Made by a program: the position numbers and the translations under genes. Below are positions 1-10,241 of a DNA stretch of 64,000 bases, in pieces. How positions within the stretch are numbered: position 1 is the first letter of the stretch; each line of letters begins with the position of its first letter. The stretch is from Trypanosoma brucei (Eukaryota), in assembly GCA_000002445.1 (NCBI GenBank), contig CM000208.1, positions 2,144,001 through 2,208,000 of the forward strand, read 5' to 3'. A model generated the notes under the pieces. That model saw nothing but the letters and a program-made list of their open reading frames with translations, was not told the DNA's origin and did not search any database.

Positions 1-1429
1 ATAGGTACATATACACATATATGTGACTGAGTGAATGAGGAAATGAGGTCATGTGAGTTGCGTGCGCGAACATATGCAAAGCTTTGTACTTTCTTTTGGA
101 CGTGTGATGTTTTCTCGTTGTCTTTCTTTTCGCGTTTGTCTCCGTGACCTCTCTTTTTGTTCCCTCTTGTCCTAATTGGCGAGAAGATCCATTATCCCTC
201 CCGCTAGCTGTGCGTAGTCTTCGCTCCTTCCATTAGTTGGTCAGTGAGCTACTACGCGGTGCCCTTTTTTTTTTATTCACTCCCGTTTTCCTTTTTTTTT
301 CTTTTTTTTGGTTTCATCTCTCAGTTTCATTTCTCAGCCAGCACGTGGGCTATTTGTACCTCTACCGCTACCGCCACTGCACACACGGGCGTATCCGTAT
401 ATACAAATTTATCTATGGACATGGGCTGGTTTGCCTTTCTGTACCACGTGCTTGAAGATGACATGAAGTTTGGCGGAGGGTCCTTTTTTTGTTTTTGTTT
501 GATTTATTCTATTGTTGCCCCTTCCGGGGCATATCCGTGCGTGTTGTTGAGCGTGCAGTGCGTTTATCTATCTCCCTTTATCTTTTTTTTTTTGTAATGG
601 GAGTGAAGTGCCACGATATTTGTGCCTCTACTTTATTTACCTTCTAACCAACGTTCTCACCTCAGTGGTGCCAGCTGCCGAGTGGCGAGCCGTGCGTGCC
701 CTTAGGCTTGTTTCTTTTTAACTGTTACCACTAGTCTTTCCCTTCAACTCTATTGTTATTATTATTATTCTTGCATATCTTTTGCGTTTTTGTTTTATTG
801 TTATTACAGCTGCCTGTATAAGTATTGTAGGGTCACACAACAAGAAAATAGAACTTTAAAAAAAAAGAAGAGAGGCGAGTGAAGGAACATATTTAGACGA
901 CATTTCAGGGGGTGAAAAAATAGAACAGATCGGAGATAAGAGAAGAAACAATTTTCACGAAAAGAAGGACATAAGTAGATAAGGCAAAGAGAGGAGTTCA
1001 ACTGAAGGCGAACAATTAAAAGAGAGGGAGAGACAAGGAAGAAAAGTTGTACGATCAAAGTAACCTCGTACAAATAAAAAGATTTCAAGTGCTAGAGAAA
1101 GGGGGAACAAGGGGTCAAAGCTGCAGATTATATATTTACATATATTTTATATAGTCACTCCTCACTGTACTTGTTGGTTATTTCTTCACACTTCACCAAA
1201 AGTACAATTCACCCATCGTTAAGGAAAAGAGTAAAGGAAGGGTCGCAAGTGATTCAGTGATTCAATTGGTTGAATACAGCGTCACACCATCACATCTGAG
1301 CGAGATAGACAAAAAGAAAGAGAATCATAGGAGGGGGAGAAAAGGGTAAAGTGCAAGAAGAAATACGGAAGTTCACGAGAAGAAGACAGGAGAGGGGGAA
1401 ACAACACTTGAAGGACAAGGGAACACACA

Positions 1430-3187
1430 ATGGTATTCGACAAAGAGTTGAGGAATGCTGATAACTGGCGCCTTTACCACCTTTTAGAGTTGGAGCCACC
1501 AGTGACAGCAAAGCAGGTGCAATGGCTCTTCCGCAAGGTGACGTTACGCCACCACTTCTACCAGGCATATAATATACTGCGTGATGAGGAGCGGAAGAGC
1601 CTTTATGATTCACTGGGTGAAAACTTTGTTGGCTACCTTAACAGTGGCAGCTGGGGACCACTTATTCAACTACTCGGCGCTAAGGCAACAGTAGCCGTCT
1701 GCTGCGGCGTATGGGTTCTGATGATTCTGCTCATGTTGTTCTTTTTCTTGGCTGTTGGCGCCCGTGCGGATCGTCTTATCACGTGGACGTGGATGCAGGT
1801 GGCTGCTCCCGGTTTGACAGTAACTCTCATTGTGCTTATCGCGACGGCAGTGGCCATGGCGGTTAGCTTTTTCCTACGGCAGCCGAAAGAGGAAGGCATG
1901 CGATTCGTGGACCGTATTCCTGCGATCGGTAATTTTGTCGCTGCCTTCTTCTACTGCATCTTTGCCTTCATTGGGGCGTCAACGGTGGACAGTTATGCAC
2001 CTCAGCGGCATAACAACTACGCGCCATACTTTGCTTTGCCTATCCTGGCTGATGTCATATATTATCTTTCTACCATGGTGTGGCGGTGGCCCCGCAACCG
2101 GCGTCTGGACCTGGAGGTTGGCATGCAGGAGTCTAAACCCATCTTGTGGTATGCTCCGTGCGTGTTCGCCGGTCTTCACATCATTTTGTCAATCGTCCAA
2201 TGGGTCCTCCTTGCGCAGCGTGTTGACCGTATAATTAAAATCAGTTGGTACGCTGCCGCAAGCCCTATTGCCGTCCGTGCTGTGGTACGTGTTGCTGAAT
2301 CATGTATGACCAGTTTGGCGCGGCGTGCCATTGGTATTAAGAGCGTATTGGGCGTTGTCTTTGACACCTTAGGCTCTTTGTTCTTCAATGGTTTATTGCT
2401 TTGCTCCGTGTTCTTTACAGCAGCCCGCTTTGTTCGCGGGAGGAGGGTGGTTCCCCTGATTCTCGTCTTTTTACCGGTATACTTGGTGCTATTTTATCTG
2501 CTTTTCTGCACTATATACACGCTTTTTTACCTCCTGAGGAGAATCACGGAGAATGCGCGTGAGGAGCGGATGAATAACCTCAAGTGGACTCCTGTGGAGC
2601 CTCAGGCCGGCGACAAGGTGGTTCCGACGTTGCTGCGTGACTTTGATGCCTCTGAACGCATCATTTGGGATGACATTGATGATGAGAGCACTATGCAATA
2701 TTCCACCGGGTATGATGAAGTTACATTTGAAACTGAGGGTTATGATGACTATGAAACTGGTGAGGAGGAGGAGGAAGAGGAGGAAGAGGAATTATTTGCA
2801 CGAGGCGCTATGGTTTCTGGTTCCTCCGCACCTCAAACTGCACCTGCGCATCAGCGCAACGTTCCTTTATCACGTCAAGAAAGCGAATTGGTAATTGATG
2901 ATGATCACTCTGTGGTTACAATTGAGAGCAGTGAAGAGCAGCCCGTGAGGCGTCATCATGCATACCACGATCCCTATGAGTCAAGAACTGGCACAGGATT
3001 AGTAGGCCCACAAAGTGAAACGGAGTACACTCAATATGATACTAATAACGACGCTTATGAAGTGGGTGATACAAATTTAGAATCTGAATGCGCCTCCTCC
3101 GATACTTCCAGTAGTTTTGAAGCCTCCGGGACGGCTCATTCTGAAAGGCATCAGGACCCACCTTCTGAAAATGTGCGACGAAATTAG
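1430..3187 (+). CDS. Multi-pass membrane protein with an N-terminal degenerate (HPD-less) J-domain-like region and an acidic poly-Glu C-terminal tail
   Basis: ATG-initiated 585-aa ORF. The N-terminus 'LYHLLELEPPVTAKQVQWLFRKVTLRHH...FYQAYNILRDEERKSLYDSLG' aligns to the J-domain consensus (YxxLgv...eIkkaYrkla.kyHPD...F..i..AyevLsD...R..YD), but HPD is replaced by RHH. About 8 hydrophobic TM-like segments follow. The C-terminus is acidic, with an EEEEEEEEEE run. Confidence 0.5.
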   Translation: MVFDKELRNADNWRLYHLLELEPPVTAKQVQWLFRKVTLRHHFYQAYNILRDEERKSLYDSLGENFVGYLNSGSWGPLIQLLGAKATVAVCCGVWVLMILLMLFFFLAVGARADRLITWTWMQVAAPGLTVTLIVLIATAVAMAVSFFLRQPKEEGMRFVDRIPAIGNFVAAFFYCIFAFIGASTVDSYAPQRHNNYAPYFALPILADVIYYLSTMVWRWPRNRRLDLEVGMQESKPILWYAPCVFAGLHIILSIVQWVLLAQRVDRIIKISWYAAASPIAVRAVVRVAESCMTSLARRAIGIKSVLGVVFDTLGSLFFNGLLLCSVFFTAARFVRGRRVVPLILVFLPVYLVLFYLLFCTIYTLFYLLRRITENAREERMNNLKWTPVEPQAGDKVVPTLLRDFDASERIIWDDIDDESTMQYSTGYDEVTFETEGYDDYETGEEEEEEEEEELFARGAMVSGSSAPQTAPAHQRNVPLSRQESELVIDDDHSVVTIESSEEQPVRRHHAYHDPYESRTGTGLVGPQSETEYTQYDTNNDAYEVGDTNLESECASSDTSSSFEASGTAHSERHQDPPSENVRRN

Positions 3188-4010
3188 GAGTGACGCATCG
3201 TTTTCCCCTTTCTTTCCTTACAAAAGTGATAGAGAAGAGGAGGGAAAGGGTTGTTAAAAAATGAGTGTTGCGAAGTTATATCACATTCCATCAAAGGAGT
3301 GAGGGATCATTAGAATCATGCTTTAGTGATGGATCCCTTTCTACTTATTCAGCGAATATCTATATGTATATGAATACGTTTTTGTGTGTGCTTTCGTCGC
3401 TTATTATTGCGCAGTATTGCAACTTTCCTTCTTTTTTTTTTTCCATTGGTTTGTGTTGCTTCAGTGCTGCGTTAAGATGTGAAGCGATGAATGCTCAGAT
3501 GGCGGATAAGTTGTTGAGAAGTGTGAAAGCAAAGGCAAACTAAAAAAAAAAACAATAACAATAATATGAAATGCGTTGGTCTGGAGGTTACGCTTTATGT
3601 TCTGTCGGTTCTTCATCATTAGCATGAGGAGAAGTGAAGTAGCGGAAGAGGAAAAATAAAGAAATATTTGAGAGACGCGCATGCACTTGCAGGTATGTTA
3701 TTAATATGTGTTTGAAGGGATGATGTGGGGAGGGGAGATACGAGTGTCTATGTACAGTTAGTGCGAAAACAACGTCAGATGGTATTTATTTTTCTTTTTT
3801 TCCTCTCTTTTTTATCGCTCTTCTTTTGGAGGGAGAACATACGGCGATGGTGTATTTGTTCGTCTCTCTCTCTTTTTTTTTTTTTAAATCCCCTTCTTCT
3901 CTTCATCTTTTATGCAAGGACGCCTCAGCGATGTGTTAGTTTGTGTTGTCTTTTGTGCATTATTGTTGGGGCGAATTCATTTTCATACGTTTTTAGAGGG
4001 ACTAGAGGAA

Positions 4011-4040
4011 TCATCATCGTTATCATCATCATCATCATCA
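4011..4040. repeat. (TCA)10 microsatellite
   Basis: tcatcatcgttatcatcatcatcatcatca, seen directly. Confidence 0.85.
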
Positions 4041-5352
4041 TTTGTTTACATATATAAATACAAATACAAATATATTTGTCGAGATGCCTACGAGTGATGT
4101 GAAGTGATGAAAGGCTAAGAAAAGGAAAATAAAGAAAGGAAGAGAAGGAAAGAAGGAATGAATGAATGCGTTGCAAAGGCAAACAAAAGGAAGAATGGGA
4201 CGAAGGAAGTGACATTGATTTAGCTCCACAGCGAGTGTTTGTACGTTTGTGGCTTTTTCTTGGTGTTTCTCCATTCTTCTCTATTTTTCTTTTTTATGCT
4301 CATTTTCTTCTTTTTGTTATGCTTTGTTACGTTATTTTGCGTTACTTATATTTTTGTTGTTGTTGTTCGAAAAAAGATAAGAAAATCAACTTCACGGGTT
4401 AAGTTTCATTTTTATTTTCTTTCTGCGAATCTCCGTGCATGGCGTGAGGAGCTACCGAGTGGTGAGTAATTTACCTCCGGATTTGTTTTTACCGCGCCAG
4501 AGGGAGAATTGAGGCGGGGGGAAAATATTCGAATCGTCAGAATGAGAGGAGGGAAGTTAAGAGGGAGGCGATGAAAAATAAGAAGGGCAGCATCAAAACA
4601 AAAAAAAAGAGAAGAGAAATAAAATAAACAAAAATAATTAAAAGGAGAAAGGGGGAAAAAAATGAAAAGCAAAGGATTTGGGAGGAGGCTTGCTTATTTT
4701 TATATTTTTTCAGCTAGACTTCGACGGATGATAATATTGGTGCCATCATTGCCATATATGTGGTAGTGGTGCCTCTGTTCCATTTTGCGTGTAGATGATT
4801 GTGAATTTGAAAAGAAAAAAAGACGATGCGATGCAACACGTTTAGAGGTCTTTTTCTTTTCTTTCTTTTTTTTTTTGTGGCGTCATGCTATTTTCCATTT
4901 TCTTTCCAAGTTGATGCAATGGAAAGCGGATGCGGTGGAGAATTTCTCCCCTGTTTTTTTTGTTTTTTTATATCGCAGGGTGTGGTGTGTTGCTCGTCTT
5001 CCCCTTTAGTATTGTTTTGTTTCCAGTGAACGAAGCAGTAGCGGGGGGGGGGAGAGAAGCGAAAAAAAAGACATTGAAAAAAAACAATAATTGGTCTAAT
5101 CTGCTTTATTGTTTTTTTTATTTTGTTGTGAAATCATCATTTAACCGCTGCATTCAAATTCCTTGCACTTTTGTTTTCTTCATTCCGTCTTTTCTTCTCC
5201 ATTCCTTTGGGCTTACATCCCATCCTGTTTTTTTTTAACTCGTTTAATTGTGTCAGAGGGTACTTGTGGAGGATATGATGGGAATGTAAACATGCAGATG
5301 GCAAGAAAAGGGAGTACTACAGATTTCTGACAAATAAATATATATAAGTATA

Positions 5353-5357
<5 letters not shown>

Positions 5358-5398
<41 letters not shown>

Positions 5399-5425
5399 TT
5401 ATTTATTTATTTATTTGCGTAAATA
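5358..5425. repeat. Compound microsatellite (TA)n followed by (ATTT)n
   Basis: About 18 TA units run directly into tttatttatttatttatttattt. Confidence 0.9.
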
Positions 5426-5838
5426 TCAATGATGTAAAATCATTTAATAAATGTGGTGAAAATAATTCCAGTCCTGTGGAGGAAAAGAAAAAAAAAGAGA
5501 TGAATTTAGGTGATGTAGAAGTTCTGAGGGAAGGAAAGAAGGGAAGGTTTGGAATGATGGAAAAGGAAGAGAGAAAGAAAGGAAATTGAACGAGAGAAAG
5601 AGGAACAGTTAGAGTTTTTTTTTTTTTCAGAAGAAAAAGGAGAAGAGGATGTTGAAGCGATTGTTAAAAGTGTATATATATATATATTTATGTATTACAC
5701 CCCAGTCACTTTGGACTTTCAATACTGTTGCATTGTGCTTATTCATTCGCTGCCATTACGTAGTGGTTTCATACTTGCTTTAATATACTGCCATCCCCCT
5801 CTGTTTTTCTTTTCTCTCACCCCCCTTTCTGGTTGCTC

Positions 5839-5873
<35 letters not shown>

Positions 5874-6094
5874 CAAACATTTCTATTTCTATGTGCGATT
5901 CCATCGTGACGTTCAGCGCAATCAGTTCACGAGTGGTAGCTGACTACCGCAACCCCTTTTTTTGTTGCACGACTCATTTAGTGTTTGAATTGCATTTCCC
6001 CCCCTTTGTGTGTGTATGTGTCATGTCATTTACCCATTTGTATCCTTTTCTTTTTGTTTTTAATGCTTCCCTCCCCCCGGTCTCATAAGTGAAA

Positions 6095-6943
6095 ATGGGC
6101 ATGCATGAAGGGGCTACGGAGGTTTTCCAGGCCCTTGCAGTTGCGCCGCAAGAGCGCCTGGAATCATTCCTTTCCCTATTCACGGAATTGTGTCCCGCGG
6201 AATGCGCGCTCCTCGCGCTTCGTGAGCAACAACAACAACAAAGTAGCAGCAAGGCGGCCACTGATATGGCGGGGGCGTCATTTACAGCTGAAGACGGCGA
6301 TTTCGCAGAAAATGTTTGGCGACGCTTTAGAGAGCGGCAGGATCATAATGATGCCAATGGGACGAACTCTCACATATCAGAAGCAATGGAAGGTGAGTTG
6401 GAGGTTGTAGAGCTCGATGAAAGCACGGCTTGCAGGACGAGCTCCATGACTGCATTTCTCGAGCATGGTATGACGGATGTGGTGCCAACCGTTGGCGTAT
6501 TCGTTGAAGGTTTGCAAGAGGAATTGGAAAAAAATCGTGAAGGTAAGGAGATGGAGGGAGACCCCGCGGAACCTGCTGAAGAAAGTGGAACAAATATTCT
6601 GCAGGAGGTCAATGGCGAGGGGTCCGTGGGGTATGGCGGTGTTGCGTTTGAAGGGGGTCCATCAAGTGACTCGGCGTCTGATGCAGTTTCTGTTGAATCT
6701 CAGGAGAGTTCTCGCTCTGACATTAGTTTTGGAGACATCAACTTACCTGGCATCTCCGCAAGTGGTGAATCCAAGGGTGAAGTGCCAACGCCATGCCCTC
6801 ATGTGTTTCTGAAAGCTGATGAAGTCAAGGGGTTGGAGGTGGATGAAGATTACGTGCAACCATTCGCGTTGGATCCATATTTTGATTACGAAGCGACTAT
6901 CGTTGGAAAGTCCGTTAGGCTTCACCCCCGTGAATTTGTGTGA
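6095..6943 (+). CDS. Acidic hypothetical protein with a short poly-Gln run
   Basis: The ORF-track start at 6089 is GTG; the first ATG is at 6095. A polypyrimidine tract plus AG lies just upstream (6040-6088). Composition is acidic (D/E-rich) with a QQQQQ run. No recognisable domain, so the coding status rests on ORF length and upstream splice-signal context. Confidence 0.4.
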   Translation: MGMHEGATEVFQALAVAPQERLESFLSLFTELCPAECALLALREQQQQQSSSKAATDMAGASFTAEDGDFAENVWRRFRERQDHNDANGTNSHISEAMEGELEVVELDESTACRTSSMTAFLEHGMTDVVPTVGVFVEGLQEELEKNREGKEMEGDPAEPAEESGTNILQEVNGEGSVGYGGVAFEGGPSSDSASDAVSVESQESSRSDISFGDINLPGISASGESKGEVPTPCPHVFLKADEVKGLEVDEDYVQPFALDPYFDYEATIVGKSVRLHPREFV

Positions 6944-7789
6944 GCATGATGTCGGGTTGTGCGTTGAAAGGGCCGTTAGAACTTGATGACCTTCACTCTC
7001 CTGCCTTTCCCTCGTTCATGCAATTCGTCGGCACTGGCCCCTCTGATACAGAGTGACTTTACGTGAAAATGGCGGCAAGGTCCATGAGAGACTCCAGTTT
7101 TTGTTGCTTCAGTTGGATGTTCGTCTTTCTTGAGGGGGTTTTCTTTTCTATAAAATTGCACTCCTTTGGTTGTTTCTCCTCTTGGAATGGCCGTTCCGCA
7201 TTCTTTTTTTTTTTTTACCAGGGGTGTGGCTATATATCATTCATCGTGTAGGTCAACTAATGTGTGGGCTGCGGTGCTTTCGCGTCTTATGCGCATATAT
7301 TCGTGTGTGCACAGACGATGGAATGCAACAGCATGGTGCCACTTTTAGTTTGAATTTCGTTTTGGCTAACTGGGATCATGACATCGTTATTTTCTTTGTG
7401 CTCTTTATATCATTTATGTTGCTCTTTTTTCCACTCACCCATTTCCTGGAAACGCTTCGTATGATTAGTATCAAAACCACCGTCACCGCCAAAACGAACG
7501 TGGTGCGTGAAGGAAAGGGTTGAAGAAGAACAACAACAATAAAACAAAACCGAAGGAGAAGGAACGAAGTGCATCCCTTGCCTGTGCAAGAACTGCACCC
7601 TCCAGAGTCTAAAAACTAGCTAACAGAAGTGCAGGCGTGAGAAATAGGTTGCACACCGCGGCGCAGTCCACAAAAGAGAAGGAAGCGGAGAGGTAAATAC
7701 ACACATATATATATATATATATCTAGATAGATATTCTTCTCTCCATATATCTACTTAGTTGCATAGCTGATTGCTTATATTTTAATTGT

Positions 7790-7855
7790 TTTCCCCCCTC
7801 TACTCTCCTTATTTTTCCCCATCCCCACTCCCTTTGACGGCGCTTATTATTACTC
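7790..7855 (+). promoter_or_regulatory. Polypyrimidine tract plus AG upstream of the CCCH-CDA gene (putative trans-splice acceptor region)
   Basis: An almost pure C/T run, ttttcccccctctactctccttatttttccccatccccactccctttgacggcgcttattattactc, immediately 5' of the ATG at 7856. Confidence 0.5.
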
Positions 7856-9613
7856 ATGCCCGTCCATGCCCATGCCATGTGGAATTCTCTTTGCTTCTAC
7901 AAGGCGTATTTACCACCAGAGGACACCGTAAGGGCAACTGGCTACGTGGTATTGGCTCTGGAGGAACCGGAAGAGGAGGTTTCGCCGGTACCGCGTGAGA
8001 ACTCAAACGAGAGGGGCGTATCGCCATCGCTGTCGCATTTGGATTGGCCAGATGATGGCGCTTTATTTCCAGGGGACCGATTGACCGCCGGCGCAGCGAC
8101 GAACAGCTCCCAGCTAAGCGATTTACCACCATCCCATGAGAGGTCAGTGATGGATAGGGACACCAAACTTCAGTTTTTTCTTTTCCGAAAGGAAGACGTC
8201 TCGCCGCCGTATATGAAGGGGATGCTCGGTAAAATACGTCATTGTTTTTTGCTCTGTTTGCAAGGCGATCGTGGGAACCCATGCCACTGCCACAGGGCAC
8301 ACCTTTTGAACGAAGATGCCTGGCGTTTGAAGCTCAGTTCATTTGATTTTTCAACTCTGTGTGTGTCATCCAACTTTTCGTTACGGTACATAGACGTCAC
8401 TCACGTCCGTCCGACCGCGGGGTTTTTGTTCACCTGTGGTCTGCTTCACGAGCGAATCATTGTCGCGGCGCAACCTATTCTCTGCCGCTACAATGACAAG
8501 TGCCGCTACGGTTCGCAGTGCCTTTTCGTTCATGCTGACATTGGTGGTGACAATCTCACAAAAACGACAGCCGCCACCCCCCTGAGAAATTTGTTGCCCC
8601 CACAGGAGGGTCTCGACACTTTTTTGGCTCAGTTGGAGGAGGTGGAGCTCCAAACTGTAGGGGATGTGCAACGGCTGAGCACAAAGGCATTTGACGCTTT
8701 TGTCGGCGGATGTGAACCACAATGGACCCCATTATGGCTAAACATATCTATTTTCCGTGAAATTCAACCCAAGGCATCGCTGGAAAGTGTGCTAATTTCT
8801 TTTCCTGGTGTTACTGCGCCGGTAGTTCTGCCGCCAAATCTGACAAACGTACTTTCGTTGTTGGACATGTCTCAGAAAGATTTCTACAAACTGAAACTCA
8901 CCATCAATGTACAGGCAGCGTGCGAAAAGATACGGGCCCGCTTTTGGTCTAGCAGAGATTACAGGACGTTAGACCTCAAAAGGGAAGGTGCGAAATCCTT
9001 TTTCACGAACATCACTTTAGAAATTTTACAGTTTCGATCAACAATGGCGGACTGTAGTTGGCGCAAGAAGGATCCAATGCGGCAGGTGGTGACCTCGCTG
9101 ATGACGTACGTGGATCACAAGAAGTGTCACTGCAATGTCACTTGCGGGAGCCGAAGGCACTGGTCGATGCATAAGCCAGCACTATCTTCCAACGGAAATG
9201 GGATGAGTAATGCCACATTTCCCGACCATTCCTGGTGTACATGTCCGCGTTCTACTGTGATGGCTGTCAACTATGAGCTCAGCACACCCAGCGGCTCTCG
9301 ATGCTCGGAGCAAAATGCACTGGGTAAATTGGCATCCATGGGCCTCCCCACATGTGCTGTACGGGAAGTATTTGTGCATGGGGAACATCAGGGATCAAAA
9401 AAGGACCCTAATCCGTTGTTTCCATGCGGTGTCTGTGAGAATATGTTGCGGAAGGTTGCCCACGATGTATTGGAAATTCATGGTGGAGACGTTATGTTGT
9501 ACATGTACGACTCCACTCACAACCCCAAGAGACTTGTTTATCTTCCCATAACCGAAATTTCTTATAGAGACGACATGGGGTTTAGGGAGTTTGTGGCGGA
9601 TCTTCATGAGTAG
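7856..9613 (+). CDS. CCCH zinc-finger protein with a C-terminal cytidine deaminase-like (CDA-fold) domain
   Basis: Read from the translation: a CCCH-type finger 'CRYNDKCRYGSQCLFVH' (C-x5-C-x5-C-x3-H) at about nt 8480-8535. The C-terminal 'AVNYELSTPSGSRCSEQNALGKLASMG...(37 aa)...PCGVCENMLRKV' matches the cytidine-deaminase signatures NxEN / CAE(R)xAI / PCGxCRQ (compare human CDA '[25 protein letters not shown]...SPCGACRQVMREF'). The catalytic Glu and all three Zn ligands (C, C, C) are retained. A strong polypyrimidine tract sits immediately upstream of the ATG (7790-7855). Confidence 0.6.
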   Translation: MPVHAHAMWNSLCFYKAYLPPEDTVRATGYVVLALEEPEEEVSPVPRENSNERGVSPSLSHLDWPDDGALFPGDRLTAGAATNSSQLSDLPPSHERSVMDRDTKLQFFLFRKEDVSPPYMKGMLGKIRHCFLLCLQGDRGNPCHCHRAHLLNEDAWRLKLSSFDFSTLCVSSNFSLRYIDVTHVRPTAGFLFTCGLLHERIIVAAQPILCRYNDKCRYGSQCLFVHADIGGDNLTKTTAATPLRNLLPPQEGLDTFLAQLEEVELQTVGDVQRLSTKAFDAFVGGCEPQWTPLWLNISIFREIQPKASLESVLISFPGVTAPVVLPPNLTNVLSLLDMSQKDFYKLKLTINVQAACEKIRARFWSSRDYRTLDLKREGAKSFFTNITLEILQFRSTMADCSWRKKDPMRQVVTSLMTYVDHKKCHCNVTCGSRRHWSMHKPALSSNGNGMSNATFPDHSWCTCPRSTVMAVNYELSTPSGSRCSEQNALGKLASMGLPTCAVREVFVHGEHQGSKKDPNPLFPCGVCENMLRKVAHDVLEIHGGDVMLYMYDSTHNPKRLVYLPITEISYRDDMGFREFVADLHE

Positions 9614-10241
9614 TGGTACCTTATTGTTACTCTCGGTATTTTCACGCACACCTCCCCCCTTGTCAACTCCTCTACCTTCCTTTCGTTTGGAGCGGTAGAT
9701 GTTTTGCGGGTGGATATCCATTCGATGTCTGTTTGTAGTTTTTTTTCTTTCTTTTTATCGCGGTTATTTGGTTGTCTCTTCACAGCGTTCGTCAAATGCC
9801 ACGCGGAAGCTATGTGAATATGCAAGCATTTGTTCCTCTTGATGTTGTCTTGGTCTTTTTCTATTTTGTTTGCGCTGGTGTGTACGTTTTTGTGAGACAT
9901 CAATTCAATCTTACGTTTGTTTTGTCTATGCGGCTGAGCGACGCAGCGGACGTAGTCGTAATCACTTTCGTGCAATCAATTCCCACTTTTAATATCTGTT
10001 TGGAGACTCGCCATTGTTCATTCTGTTTTGTTTCTCCAGCCAAATTCCCCGTCGACTGATTCGCTAACCGCATGCGGTGGGTTAACGGATGAAGCGTATC
10101 TGAGGGCGTGTCCACTTTTTTTTTTGCTTTCTTTTAACTACTAATACTAATTCTGTTAGTAAATATATTTTCATCTTGTTTTTCACCTCCCTTGTCTCGC
10201 CTCTGCCCCTCTCAAAAGCAAAAAAAAACAAGTGAAGAATT

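Noticed and set aside
237-1088. Short ORFs at the window start (237-455, 244-597, 804-1088) and many 60-150-aa ORFs in the spacers
   Set aside because: They are translations of poly-T/poly-CT and microsatellite sequence (Phe/Leu/Ser runs). They occur on both strands and have no processing-signal context.
3188-6088. Possible mobile element in the 2.9-kb spacer
   Set aside because: There is no ORF with reverse-transcriptase or endonuclease character on either strand and no terminal repeats. The content is microsatellite and low-complexity sequence, consistent with an ordinary long UTR or spacer.
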